Source: Gnetum montanum (lineage: Eukaryota; Plantae; Gnetophyta). Taken from it: a stretch of 64,000 nt of DNA. The stretch covers positions 86,598-150,597 of the forward strand of contig MNCI01002736.1 of NCBI GenBank assembly GCA_015680685.1. The letters are read 5' to 3'. Of the stretch, positions 49,825-60,828 are shown piece by piece. The notes under the pieces are model-generated. The model saw nothing but the letters and a program-made list of their open reading frames with translations, was not told where the DNA came from and ran no database searches. Made by a program: the position numbers and the translations under genes. Within the stretch, counting starts at the first letter, position 1, and the number at the start of each line of letters is the position of its first letter.

Positions 49825-52082
49825 TTTACGAACTAGTTTAGTTATATGTTTATGATATATATATCTCTTATTTGGCTTAGAATCTTTTATATTTTTCAAA
49901 TTAATAAAATCTCAAATTGTTTCACTTAAATTTGATTTTCACATTGAAAACAAAAATCAAAATCAATGTGTATTATCTCAACCAAAATAAAAATGACAAT
50001 AACTATTTATTTACATATGCCCTCATCATTATGAAAATAAAAGTATTAAATTAGTTTACCATGATTGAAGAGGACTCTCTTGGACAAGGTTGGTAGTTGG
50101 CCTCAACTAAAATTATGTCATCAATAACAATGTTGCATGTAAAGCCTTTGTGGCAAGGTAACACAAAGTTTCTTGTGCTAGAAATGCCTCTATTGGTCAA
50201 ATTTTAAAAATAAGTTCATGACAATTTGATACATTTACTAACCCTAGTTATGAAAATAAAATTATTAAATTAGTTTACCATAATCAAAGAAGACTCCCTT
50301 GGATGAGGTTGGTAGTTGGTAGATGTTGCATGTAAAGCCTTTGTGGCAAGGCAACTTAATGTTTCTTCTGCTCCAAATGCTTCCATTGGTTAAACCTTAA
50401 AAATAAATTCATGACACAATTTGATAAGTTTACTAATGCACGCCCACCACCCCACCCCACCCCTACCAACTTCACTTAATTGAGAAAGTTTAACCATTCG
50501 TGACAATAACTTAAGGTTTTTACATCAACTAGGATATATACTTAACGTATATCCTAATGAAATGTGTTCCCAATCTAGAACCATTCTTAACTTTTATTTT
50601 TCAACTCTAGACCCTTTATATGCTTTTAACATTTTATCAAATACCAATATAACTAAATTACAAGTAGTAGAATTAGAACATATCTCTTTGATGAATACTC
50701 TCTAAACTCAATTTGGAATCATTAATCAACAATCAAATACAATTCAATCCTACACTTCTTCAAAGCTTTCAACCTAAAAATAATTTGCATCCAATATAAC
50801 TCCATCCTATTTCCTTCCATAGAGTATATTAAATGATGATCAATCCAAAGCCCTCATACAATCCATGATAAATCCATATGCCTAAAGCAATCAAGTTGAA
50901 AAACATCAACCCCAAAGGACCTAAATTCTAACTATATTTCAAAAATTATCCAATGAAATGAACGTAAAACATAATAATAATAAAACACATTCAAATGATG
51001 TTCAAGTTCAATTCCTTTAGTAGGTGACATTGAGTTGTGAATGAATTCTATACAAAAGCATGAAAAAGAATCCTTCCAATGGGCAACACTAAATCTTGGA
51101 TGAATGATATAACAAGGAATTCAGAAGAATTTTGAAATTGATGTCAATTGACATTTTTTAAAGGGCTTTCTTGATATTCACATAATATGGAAAGCTTTAA
51201 AATGCTAAATAAAAAGACAAACAATAAAGGTAAACGTCTTGGAGGTACTAGTTTGGATCCTAGAAACATCAACGCCATGAATGCTAGCTTGGAGGCATAT
51301 TCCAAGCATACCTAACACAATCAAGTATTCTTTCAAAAATAAATAAATAAATCTAGGAAGAAGCATCTCAAAAATGTCCTGAATGGAGCAAAAAAGCCAA
51401 CAAATTCCTTCAAAATAAAAACATCCAATGAACGCTCATGCATCAAAGAGCAAAACTTGCACATTGAAGAGATCACACTAGACAATTGTTAAGAAAATAA
51501 CACAAGTTTGTGGAGTTAGGTGGTGAAAGAAAAGTATCCAATGAACAAGGAAGCATCAAAGTGCAAAAGTTACACTTTTAAAAGACCAAAATTAACATAA
51601 AATTTCCTAGCATAGACCACTACTGGATATGGATGTAGAATGTTGTCACAAAGTGTAGAAAGCAGTGAAGGGAACAAAATTGTTTGCATTTGGAACTAAA
51701 TTAATTGATAAAAAACAAATAAATAGAGAAACCTTTTCATTTTGGTCAATGAGCAACCTTATCCAAGAGAGTCCTTTTCTATTATGGTAAATATAATTTT
51801 ATCATTGTAAGGGAATGGTGAGGGAAAACTCTCTTGATCATGTTTTTTTATGTTGGGACTTTACCATAGTAAATAAATAATTATTGTTATAATGCTAGGA
51901 CAAGAGAAACTTTTTGATGGGAATTATTATTTGCAAAAATCTAACTACTTTGTAAGCTGTACTTTGTGCTTAGGAAATCAATTCTCAGTTTGAGATTTTT
52001 TAATTTGAAAAATATAAAAAATTCTCTCAGCCAAATAATACATATCTATATCATAAATATATATCTAAACTAGTTATAAAGC
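49825..52082. repeat. Long diverged inverted repeat (arms ~49825-50100 and ~51745-52082), possible MULE/foldback element
   Basis: ACTAGTTTAG...TTTATGATATA...TTATTTGGCT...TATATTTTTCAAATTAA...ATCTCAAA and TTTACCAT...AGGACTCTCTTGGA(C/T)AAGGTTG are both found reverse-complemented in the right arm in mirrored order. Confidence 0.75.
50029..50436. repeat. Diverged ~219-bp tandem duplication
   Basis: TATGAAAATAAAA...AAATTAGTTTACCAT...TGTTGCATGTAAAGCCTTTGTGGCAAGG...AATTTGATA..TTTACTA at ~50030 and ~50249. Confidence 0.85.
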
Positions 52083-52293
52083 ATAACATTAACAAAACCT
52101 AACAAATAAAACTTCACGATTAAATCTTAAATCAAAAGAAAATTCAATTTTTCTCATGCATATTCCACAATTTTCCAAACAGAAAATTCAATATGCTTGT
52201 GAATAGGGAAAAGCTTTGTCCCGTGATATTGGGATCTAGTTTATGTTCAGCAAATGCTTGCTAACCCTGATCATGTGACAAACATGGTAACGC

Positions 52294-52800
52294 TTATTGA
52301 GCCTGTTGTGCTAGCCATTGTTCTGGAGTGCATGCCTTCTTTATGGATAATGCATGAATCTCTTTTAGTTCATTTGTTAGAGCTGAATTCACCATACGAT
52401 GGCGCTCCAGCAATCTCTTGCCTTCAAATTTGGCCGAAGCTATCTCAACCTGAAAGCTTGCTCCACATCTGATATGTTTTTTTTTTAAAAGTAATTAGTA
52501 TTATATATTTGTGCAGAAAAAACTATATCTCTAAAAAACTGTAGAAATCACAATCTTATTCTCCATATAGTTTGAACCATTTGGCCTGAAGATTTCTACT
52601 TCTACAATATGAAACCGTTTGACCTTTTTTTTTGGGCTACTTTAGATTTCAGCAACAATCTTTATAACATTTTCATTAACAACTATGTCAAATGTTTACA
52701 AAAATACAAAACTACCATCACTTTTCGTTATCAACAAGATATCAAGAAGAATCAGAGTCTAAGGTCAAGAAAATTACCCTCCAGACGTGTCAACCACATT
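52294..52800 (-). CDS. BOLA2: BolA-like protein 2 (Fe-S cluster trafficking partner of monothiol glutaredoxins); last two coding exons, 5' exon not in window
   Basis: Exon 52800-52778 (23 nt, cag|AATGTGGTTGACACGTCTGGAGG|gtaatt) + exon 52468-52294 (175 nt) give NVVDTSGGCGASFQVEIASAKFEGKRLLERHRMVNSALTNELKEIHALSIKKACTPEQWLAQQAQ*. GGCG, FEGKRLLERHRMVN and IHALS motifs are intact and splice phases are compatible. Confidence 0.93.
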
Positions 52801-55800
52801 CTGCATGCGTACCCCAAAAATAAAAAGAAAACCAAAACAACAGAAAAAGGCATCAGTAGTGCATCAAGTTGAACACCTAAACTCTGAATTTCTCTCTCGA
52901 AAAGAATAAGCTTCCTAATATACAAAAGAAAAATAATCCAATGGTATATTCCTGAACCACAAAAATTAGACAATCATGATCTCTAAAAGATAGGCAATTA
53001 TTTTAACCACATTTAAACACGTTAGAAATAGATAGCAATGTCAAGATTAAATAGCAACACCAACATATTTACTGGTCATGCAAATCACTAGAAAAAATCA
53101 TACAAGTTCTAGAAGTTTTTGGATGAAATTGAGAAATAACAACTAGGTCCAATAAATGTAGGGTTAGCTTGCTTGACGTGCAAGCAAGCATCTGTATGAA
53201 TTGTGATTAGGGATAACAGAATTAATTGCCTTGGCAATTACCCTGGTTTTCAAGGGGCTGAGAAGCTACTTTCAATTGTCTTTTCTTTCTCACATTGACT
53301 TTTGGCATGTGGTTGGTTTCTTTCTATTAGTTTGCTTTGACTTGCATTCATGATTATCTTTGATTGCCCATAAGAATTGGGATCAAAGCCGAGATTCAAG
53401 GCTTTGCTTTTATGGTAAATCCAGCAAAATCTTTGATGGCAAAATCAAGATGATTCATGATTGTGTACTACATATAATTCTGAATTTGTTTCCTTTCTCT
53501 TATCTCTACAGGTGATTCCGCCACGATGCTGCAAAATTCTCTCAATAAGGTAGGTTGGTCAGCACGGACGTTACAAAATCCTATGGTAATGCTGGCAGTT
53601 CAGCCAAGATGCTATAGAAAGCTGTGTTGCAAAGCTAGCAGTTATTTGGCATACTGAAATTTTTTGCAATAAAGCAAGTGGAAAGACTGGAATGCTGCAA
53701 AGTCTTGTGGTAACGCAAGTCGTTCACCCAAAATGGAAAAAAATTGTTCACACATTAGGTGTTTTCAGTTGATCAAACACATGGTTCAGTTGAATGCAAA
53801 ATCCATGCAATTAAGTGATGTCAATGCTTCAATTTGGATGAGATTACCGAAGTCCATTTGCATGGCTTGAATAGAATTAGTTCAATAGCACCGCCAAACA
53901 GCTATAGAGGAGATAGAACGTGCTGCAAAAAAATCAATAGATCACAGGAAGAAGCAAAATTATGTGACAGGTGATTGCCAATTACATACAGTCAATTGAT
54001 AGCTAATTACATTGGAGGCAATAGTTACAGTAAGGGTTTTTATAGAAAAACTGGAGTTACGGTTTCATAGATTGTTGTGATGCTATCAGTTGTGAAAAGT
54101 CATGGGTATTCACTTTCCTATTAAGAATTTCTGTTTCCTGTAATACGTAGTTTCCTATTTTTGTTTTGATGGGGCGAAATATTGTGTTGGGGTAATTCAA
54201 AATGACCTCTAAAGAAACTTGCCTTTATACTCTTTTGCTGTTTATCATTGAGTGTGAAAATTTCTTATAGCTGATGTTGAGTTAAGATTTCCATAAGGAT
54301 CTATTTGCAGTGCTAGAAGATGTAGCAATGTAGAATTCTTGCATTTAGCAGAGGGTGTGCAGTTGGATATTAGGAAAGATAACTTTGGTATTCAGTCTAG
54401 TGCATGCTACTAAGTTTGTGGTAATTTTTTCTCTTAGTTTGAGGTTGTGTATAATGTTTGTAGCTGTGTGATGTCCAAATTACATTCATTAGAATTTAGA
54501 ATTGGAACATTACTTTTAGAAACACAAATAGCAGCATTTGCAGCCAAAATTAAATAACTAAATAAACAAAAGAGAAAACCAAGAAGAAATTTTATTAAAT
54601 GAGGGAAAATTTGAAAACCAAAGGGAACTCCTTCCTTTGGCTCCAAGATGCCAATGACAGATGTTTGGAAGCACTCGGCAAAATACCCTATAGTTAGGCA
54701 ATATCTATCTTAGACTAAAGGCATGTTCAAACCCTTCTTGCACTAGAGTAGATAACAATGCCAACATTACTACCCAGTAGACCTTTTTAAGAAGTTTCTA
54801 TGCAATTGGAGAATATATCTAGGCTCAAAGAACTGTTGGTTAGCATACAAGCAATCACATGAAAAAATTGAAATGAAAGATAATGCTATTGTTTGCCTTA
54901 GCATTTGCTCTGGTTTGGTAGAGGCTCAAGACTTACTTTCACTTCCTCAACTTCTCATTAAGGTTTTCAATATGTGTTTGGTTTTGTTTTCATTGTGCTA
55001 ATTTCACCAATTAATATTTGTTTTCAACCAGAAATTATGTTATTGCTACACCCTTAGAGTGGTATGAGACCCTGGCAAAGTAGAATGACAAGTTGGATGC
55101 AACTTTGTAGGTGTGTTGTGTGATGTGGTGTTGCTCGAGAAATTTGGTGTCTAGCATTACAAAGGTGCAAAGTTTTTCACATGTTTTGGTGAATGAAGAT
55201 TTTACTAGTTTATGGGTATCTTGTTTTTTGTGTGTAGATAGATGTGTAGCAACTTAAGTTTAACATCCAATATAGAATTTGCTACAAGTATGCACCAACG
55301 AGTTTGGCATTTAGTACAATGTTAAAGACAGATTACTCTTGCAATTTTATCATTGTTTTAGTCGCATAGTGTAACACCCATCTGTAGGAAGCAAGAGCTA
55401 ACACCTGAAGCTCTCAACAAGCTGGTTGAAAATGCAAGAGCAAACTTTTTTTGTTTTTGTTTTTTTTTTTTGAATAGTAGATTAATTGTTAGAAATTCAA
55501 CTTGCATATAGACCGGTATAGACAACTATAATTTAAAATAAAGCATAACATGGAAAATTATATGATGCAAGGAATGACTCGAGTAGCAAGAAGAGAATGC
55601 CAATATGATGACTAACATCTCTTAATAGACTATGCATTTAGGGTGTAGTACAAAAGCAAAAACATCTAAAGTTTAAAACCATATCCATAGCCATCTAGCT
55701 TAGCAAAAAGTCAATTAATTCAATCCTTTCACTTAGTAGTCTTAAATTATGCACAACCAAAATGTAATAAGCCATAAGGAAGTCAAACTCAAGAAAACAT

Positions 55801-57079
55801 ACTATTCATGTACCTAGAAAATTGCAAATTGAAATACAAAATAATACAACAATCTCTACATTTATTCATAATATCATTGCCATTGACACAATACTTATGG
55901 TTCAACAACTAAGAAAAATCAGAAATTAGATTATACACATTAATAAACTTGTTCACATAGATAACTGGACAACAAGCACACAAATCTTATAAACCAATCA
56001 AATTATCAAAACTCTTAATAAAAGAATTAAAAACAACCATGAAAATTTCCTTTGATACAATGTACAGATCTTATTTTGTTTATTTACTGATCGAATTCTG
56101 ATTTTTCTCATACCATAATAATATATCAGATGTTGTACATCAACAGACTTGTCCAACCCAACAATTGGCGACAAAAAATGTATAAATCAATAATATCAAT
56201 CCATTTAATTACACAATAAATCTATTTTATTTTCTCTCAGCAACCCTCACAATAAAAATCATCTCAGTAACTTTTTAACCTGAAATAATAAATTGCCCAA
56301 CACTAACATTTAATCAAATTATGATAATAAATTGCACACCACTAACATTTAATCGAACTATGTAATTTACCATAATAGAAAATAGAGAAAGCATCTACAT
56401 TTAATAGCCATAATTCATATCACTAACATTTAATGACCATAGATTAACATCCAAGATTTCCCCTACTTCAGTAAACTCATAGAAAGATAACAAAATCAGA
56501 CTTGAGAAGATACACAAAAAGGAATAAAAATTCAATCTAAGGATTAAGCATTTAAGGGGATCATCAAGCCAATTTCTCAACCAAAATCCAAGAATTCAAT
56601 AATTTTGTAAATTTCAGAAAATCACAAAATAGACATGGGCCTAGGGATACTCTCACTTTCTGCTGGCAGTACTAATCCTCATATAAGGGATCCTTAGCTC
56701 CTATTGGCAAATCATTATCCCAATATGCCCTAAATCATTATGGGTATTTCTAAATCATTACAGAAGCAACTCTCATCTAAGTCATTTAGGCCTGGAAGTG
56801 CAGAAGACAGGCGAAGAGATCCATAAACAAAATAAACCATTCAACAATCCAAGATCTCAATAACAAATCTTGTCAAAGTTGATTCTAACATAAAATGATA
56901 TTCAAGGGAAAGAAAGAAAAAAGCTGAGATATTGAGATTATCAGCCAATGTTTTCCATCACACATAGCAATAGAAGTATTTATCTTACGTTCTTAGATTT
57001 CTTATTTACCAAGAACAATTAATGACAATATTAGACTATTGCTCAGCAAAAATTTCCCTTTAATTTGTTGTCTTCTATA

Positions 57080-57330
57080 GCAGCCATAATCTTCCCTTAT
57101 TGCTATTCTTTTTCTTTTCAGCCACAACCTTCTTATGTTGGTGTTCATTTGTTTCAACCACAATCTTCTTTTGTTGTTATTCTTTTTCTCTTCCAGCCAT
57201 AGTCTTGTTGTTGTTGATTTGTTGCTTCAACTACAATATTCTATTGTTGTTGTTCATCTTCTTGTTCAGCGACCATCATCTTTTGTTGTTCTAGCAACAG
57301 TCTCCTTTTGTTGTTGTTCATTTCCAGACA
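57080..57330. repeat. Degenerate ~36-bp minisatellite (about 7 units)
   Basis: Recurrent TTCAGCCACAATCTTCTTTTGTTGTT-like unit; explains hydrophobic ORFs 57100-57365. Confidence 0.65.
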
Positions 57331-59221
57331 CCTACCATGTGATTGAGCTCTCATTCTTTTTTTAATATGCACACACTCTCTTCCCTTTTCTATTTTTTTT
57401 TTTTTTACCATTTTCCTCTCCCCTCTCTTCTCTTTATAATTGCTTGTTTCTTGTAACTGATTCTTAATTGAAAACTGTTCTACTTCTCCTTGTTTTTTTA
57501 AGAAATAAAACCTTTTTCTGCACCACCTAATCAGGAGTTTGATTCTTTCTATGATCACCCTTAAAAATTAATAAAAGTATATTCTAACAGGTTGCAAGTT
57601 TAATTTCCTTAGTTGCAACTTTCAAAATTTTGAAATTCTAATTTTACCAAGTCTCAAGTTTAATTCCTTTTGATCTCACATAACAGAAAATTGACTAGCA
57701 TAAAATATTCAAGCATAATATCCATCTCTGTTTCTTTTTTCTTCAACACATGTCACCTCTAAATTTATTAGCAATACATATGTAGTTGTGCTTCATTTTC
57801 AGTAACATTTCTTCTTAGAAATCAAATCATAAAGTGCAATGGAAGAGATTTCAAAATGGGAATATAAAAAAGTGCAAGTCCAAAACATAAAACAAAGTAA
57901 AATACCTTTTCTTTTAGGCCATCAGCAAGGCAAGAGTTTCCATTTCATGTTCATAATTTATTATCACATTATCTTATGATGCCTTGAAAGGTGATCACAC
58001 GACCTTTCTAAAACCATGGATGGGTTACTTACATTTGAAAGAATAATGCATCAACAACATACACAACATTTCACATGTTCATTATTTAAAATAATACAAG
58101 TATGATATACATAATATTCCTGATTCGTAGGTCAAGTTTGTTCTACTTGATTCATAGGTCAAGTTCCACAACAAGAAGTGCATATGTATGTATATTTAAA
58201 AGAATCACTCATACTAAGTGAAACATACCTCATTCAATCCTTTAAGCATAACATAAAGAATCTTTGTTTCTTCTTTTTTCTCCAAAACTACTGGTGAATG
58301 ATTAGAATTTACACAGTAACTCTCAGAGATAAGATATCCAAAACATATATGAATGCACACTAAAGCAAGTACATGAGATACCCACACTGATATATGTATA
58401 CACACACTTTACACAGAAACATTCTAATCAATTTAAGAAATCATTTCAATGCACATAGGTCATGCAATACATTAAAAAAAAGCATAGTAACAACCTCATA
58501 AATAATATAACATTTCAAATTTGTTTTTACTCAAGATTCATTTTGTTCATTCCATTAATATATGCTAAATCAATGGGTAGTACGTACTTAGAACTTTGCA
58601 TCTAGTAATACACACAACACACATTAGCACAACTTAGATCAATCACAAAAAAAAATAACTAGTCATTTAGCCAATTAGTAATACAAGCACATTAGCAACA
58701 TTCTAAATCTACCATAAGATAATTCTACAAATCAACACTATTCACATACATAATCATAACAATACAAACTTGCAAACATTGCCACAAACATTAAGATGAA
58801 AACTTAAGAAAGATGGGTCATTACATATAAATTGTTCTTTCTAGTTAGTTGCTAGTTTTATATGAGTTGTTCCTGCAAATTTGTCACTATATCCATGACA
58901 CATGGATTCTTTAAAGTTCTTTGCAATATGGGTTTTTGTTATTTTGGATTCTTTAATGGTTGTTTCTTTCTTTTTTTTCTTTTTTTTTTTGCTTGGGCTG
59001 CAAGATGGGTTTTTTCATGGGTTTGTTAATTTTGTAGGATTGATGCTTCGCATAGTTTTGTTCTTGAGATGTATTCATTTTATTATAGAATGGACTTTAA
59101 TGTTGTTGTGCATGTAATTCTCACCTGTGAGATGAAATTAAATAGTGAAATAGAGCACACGTTGAGGTGGTGTTGAGTTCAAGGGGTATTAACCTAAAGT
59201 TAACATTGAGGGGGTGATTGT

Positions 59222-59409
59222 GAAAATGAAATGAAATCGAAATTTTTCACTTACATCCACTAAGACCTATTGGATCTATCGGACCAGTTTTAGAATTCCT
59301 ATTACAAATTTTTTATTAATTTATAACTCAATGTTACCTAGTAGAATTGAACCTATGACCTGGGGTTACTAGGGTAAGACCCTTACCACTAGGCTAACAC
59401 CTCATTGTT
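59222..59409 (-). mobile_element. tRNA-derived SINE (tail type 1), best-preserved copy
   Basis: rc: AACAATGAGGTGTTAGCCTAGTGGTAAG (A box)...AGGTCATAGGTTCAATTCT (B box)...GGAATTCTAAAACTGGTC...GGTCTTAGTGGATGTAAGTGAAAAATTTC, with a TTTCA-repeat tail. Confidence 0.75.
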
Positions 59410-59539
59410 AAGAATAACATGTTAACATCAACTTATCATGATCATCATCCTAGCATTGTCCTAACAAAATGGGGTTGCTAGTATTAGGAATAGCATGGTG
59501 GAGGGTGTTGGAACCTAAAACTTTTAAATATATGTATAG

Positions 59540-59661
59540 TTAACCCCAAAATATATAGTCCAATTAGAATGTTATAACTCAACATTACCCACTAAAATCG
59601 AACCCATAACATGGAGCTTCCTAATCAAGAGCGTTACTACTAGGCCAACATCTCATTGTTT
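59540..59661 (-). mobile_element. tRNA-derived SINE (tail type 2)
   Basis: rc: AACAATGAGATGTTGGCCTAGTAGT (A box)...GGGTTCGATT (B box)...GGTAATGTTGAGTTAT, then a different tail shared with 7545-7645. Confidence 0.7.
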
Positions 59662-60024
59662 AGCTAGAAATAACATGTCAACATCAACTAGTGTTATAAT
59701 ATGACAAATCAAAGTAGTATTGAGTTAATATCGCATAGTGCTAATATTATTAATATAAAAAAATAAAATAGTCAACTAAATGGATGGGAAATGCATGTAG
59801 AGTGCATGTGAAATTGTTTTGGAAATAACCATGAAAAGTTCAAGTTGATCTTAAGATAGTTTGCTTAAAGAACCACATGTATTTATTGTGATAATGCTAA
59901 AGGCTCAAGACATATTTTTAGTTCCTTGCTTTTTCATTATGGCTTCAAATGTATGGTTTATTTTGTTTTTGTTGCACCAAACCATGGTGTACATATTTGT
60001 TTCCAATTGCAGAATTTGATATTT

Positions 60025-60215
60025 TTAATGAAGTGTTAGTTTAACGGTAAGAGTTTTGACATAGCAAACCTAGGTCACAAGTTCAATTCCAATGGGCAAT
60101 GCTGAGTTCTGAAAAAAAAAAGATTCCATAAAAGGAATTTTGAAACTAGTATATTCCAATAGATTCAAGAAGCGTCTTAGTGGACGTGAGTAAAAATTCT
60201 GTTTCAACTTCAATC
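60025..60215 (+). mobile_element. tRNA-derived SINE (tail type 1)
   Basis: AATGAAGTGTTAGTTTAACGGTAAG...AGGTCACAAGTTCAATTCC...GGAATTTTGAAACTAGT...GTCTTAGTGGACGTGAGTAAAAATT. Confidence 0.7.
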
Positions 60216-60828
60216 AAGCCTAAGAGTAGTATTGGATCTTAGCAGAGTTAGAAGACAAGTTAGATGCAACTTGGTAGGTGTTACCCAAGAAATATGAAGT
60301 CTAGCACAAGGCTATGAAGATGTTAGGCTTTTTCAAATGTTTTGCTGGACAAGAGTTCCACTGCCTTATGCATATCTAATTTTTTGCAGGTGTATAGGTA
60401 GATGCCATTGTGATGAAAGATAACAAAAATGAATGTGAGGTGTCAAAACCAAAACTAGATGACTATATGTACCCCCAGGACAAATAGCCAACAATATGAT
60501 TTTGTAGAACTTATGGAAAGCATAACAGTATATCATATCAACATGCTCATTAGGAGCAAACATATGATTTACAAACCACAAGCAACATGCTCTAACCAAC
60601 TAAGAAATGTCTCACTGACATAACAAAAAAAGAAAATAAAAAAGGTGACTCCCAAGCCCTTGTAAGATTGGAGAAAACTATCGAAAAGGCAATTCAATTA
60701 ATCCTCATCACTATAAATACATGTGATTGCTTGTGCATGAAGCAAGCTATCTAAAGATAAACTCAAACTTTCAATGGTTATCTCCAAATCAATTCTGCAT
60801 TCATGCATAGATCCATCCAAATAACTAC

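Noticed and set aside
52254-52472. 72-aa plus-strand ORF
   Set aside because: Antisense shadow of the BOLA2 last exon.
57100-57558. Hydrophobic and lysine-rich ORFs resembling membrane proteins
   Set aside because: Derived from a degenerate TTG/TTC minisatellite and T-runs.
59222-59661. tRNA genes (A and B boxes present)
   Set aside because: No cloverleaf acceptor stem could be formed; copies are diverged and share non-tRNA 3' bodies, so they were called SINEs.
59775-59810. Minus-strand ...FPIHL|gttgac as candidate BOLA2 exon 1
   Set aside because: Upstream residues do not resemble the BOLA2 N-terminus and the donor is weak.
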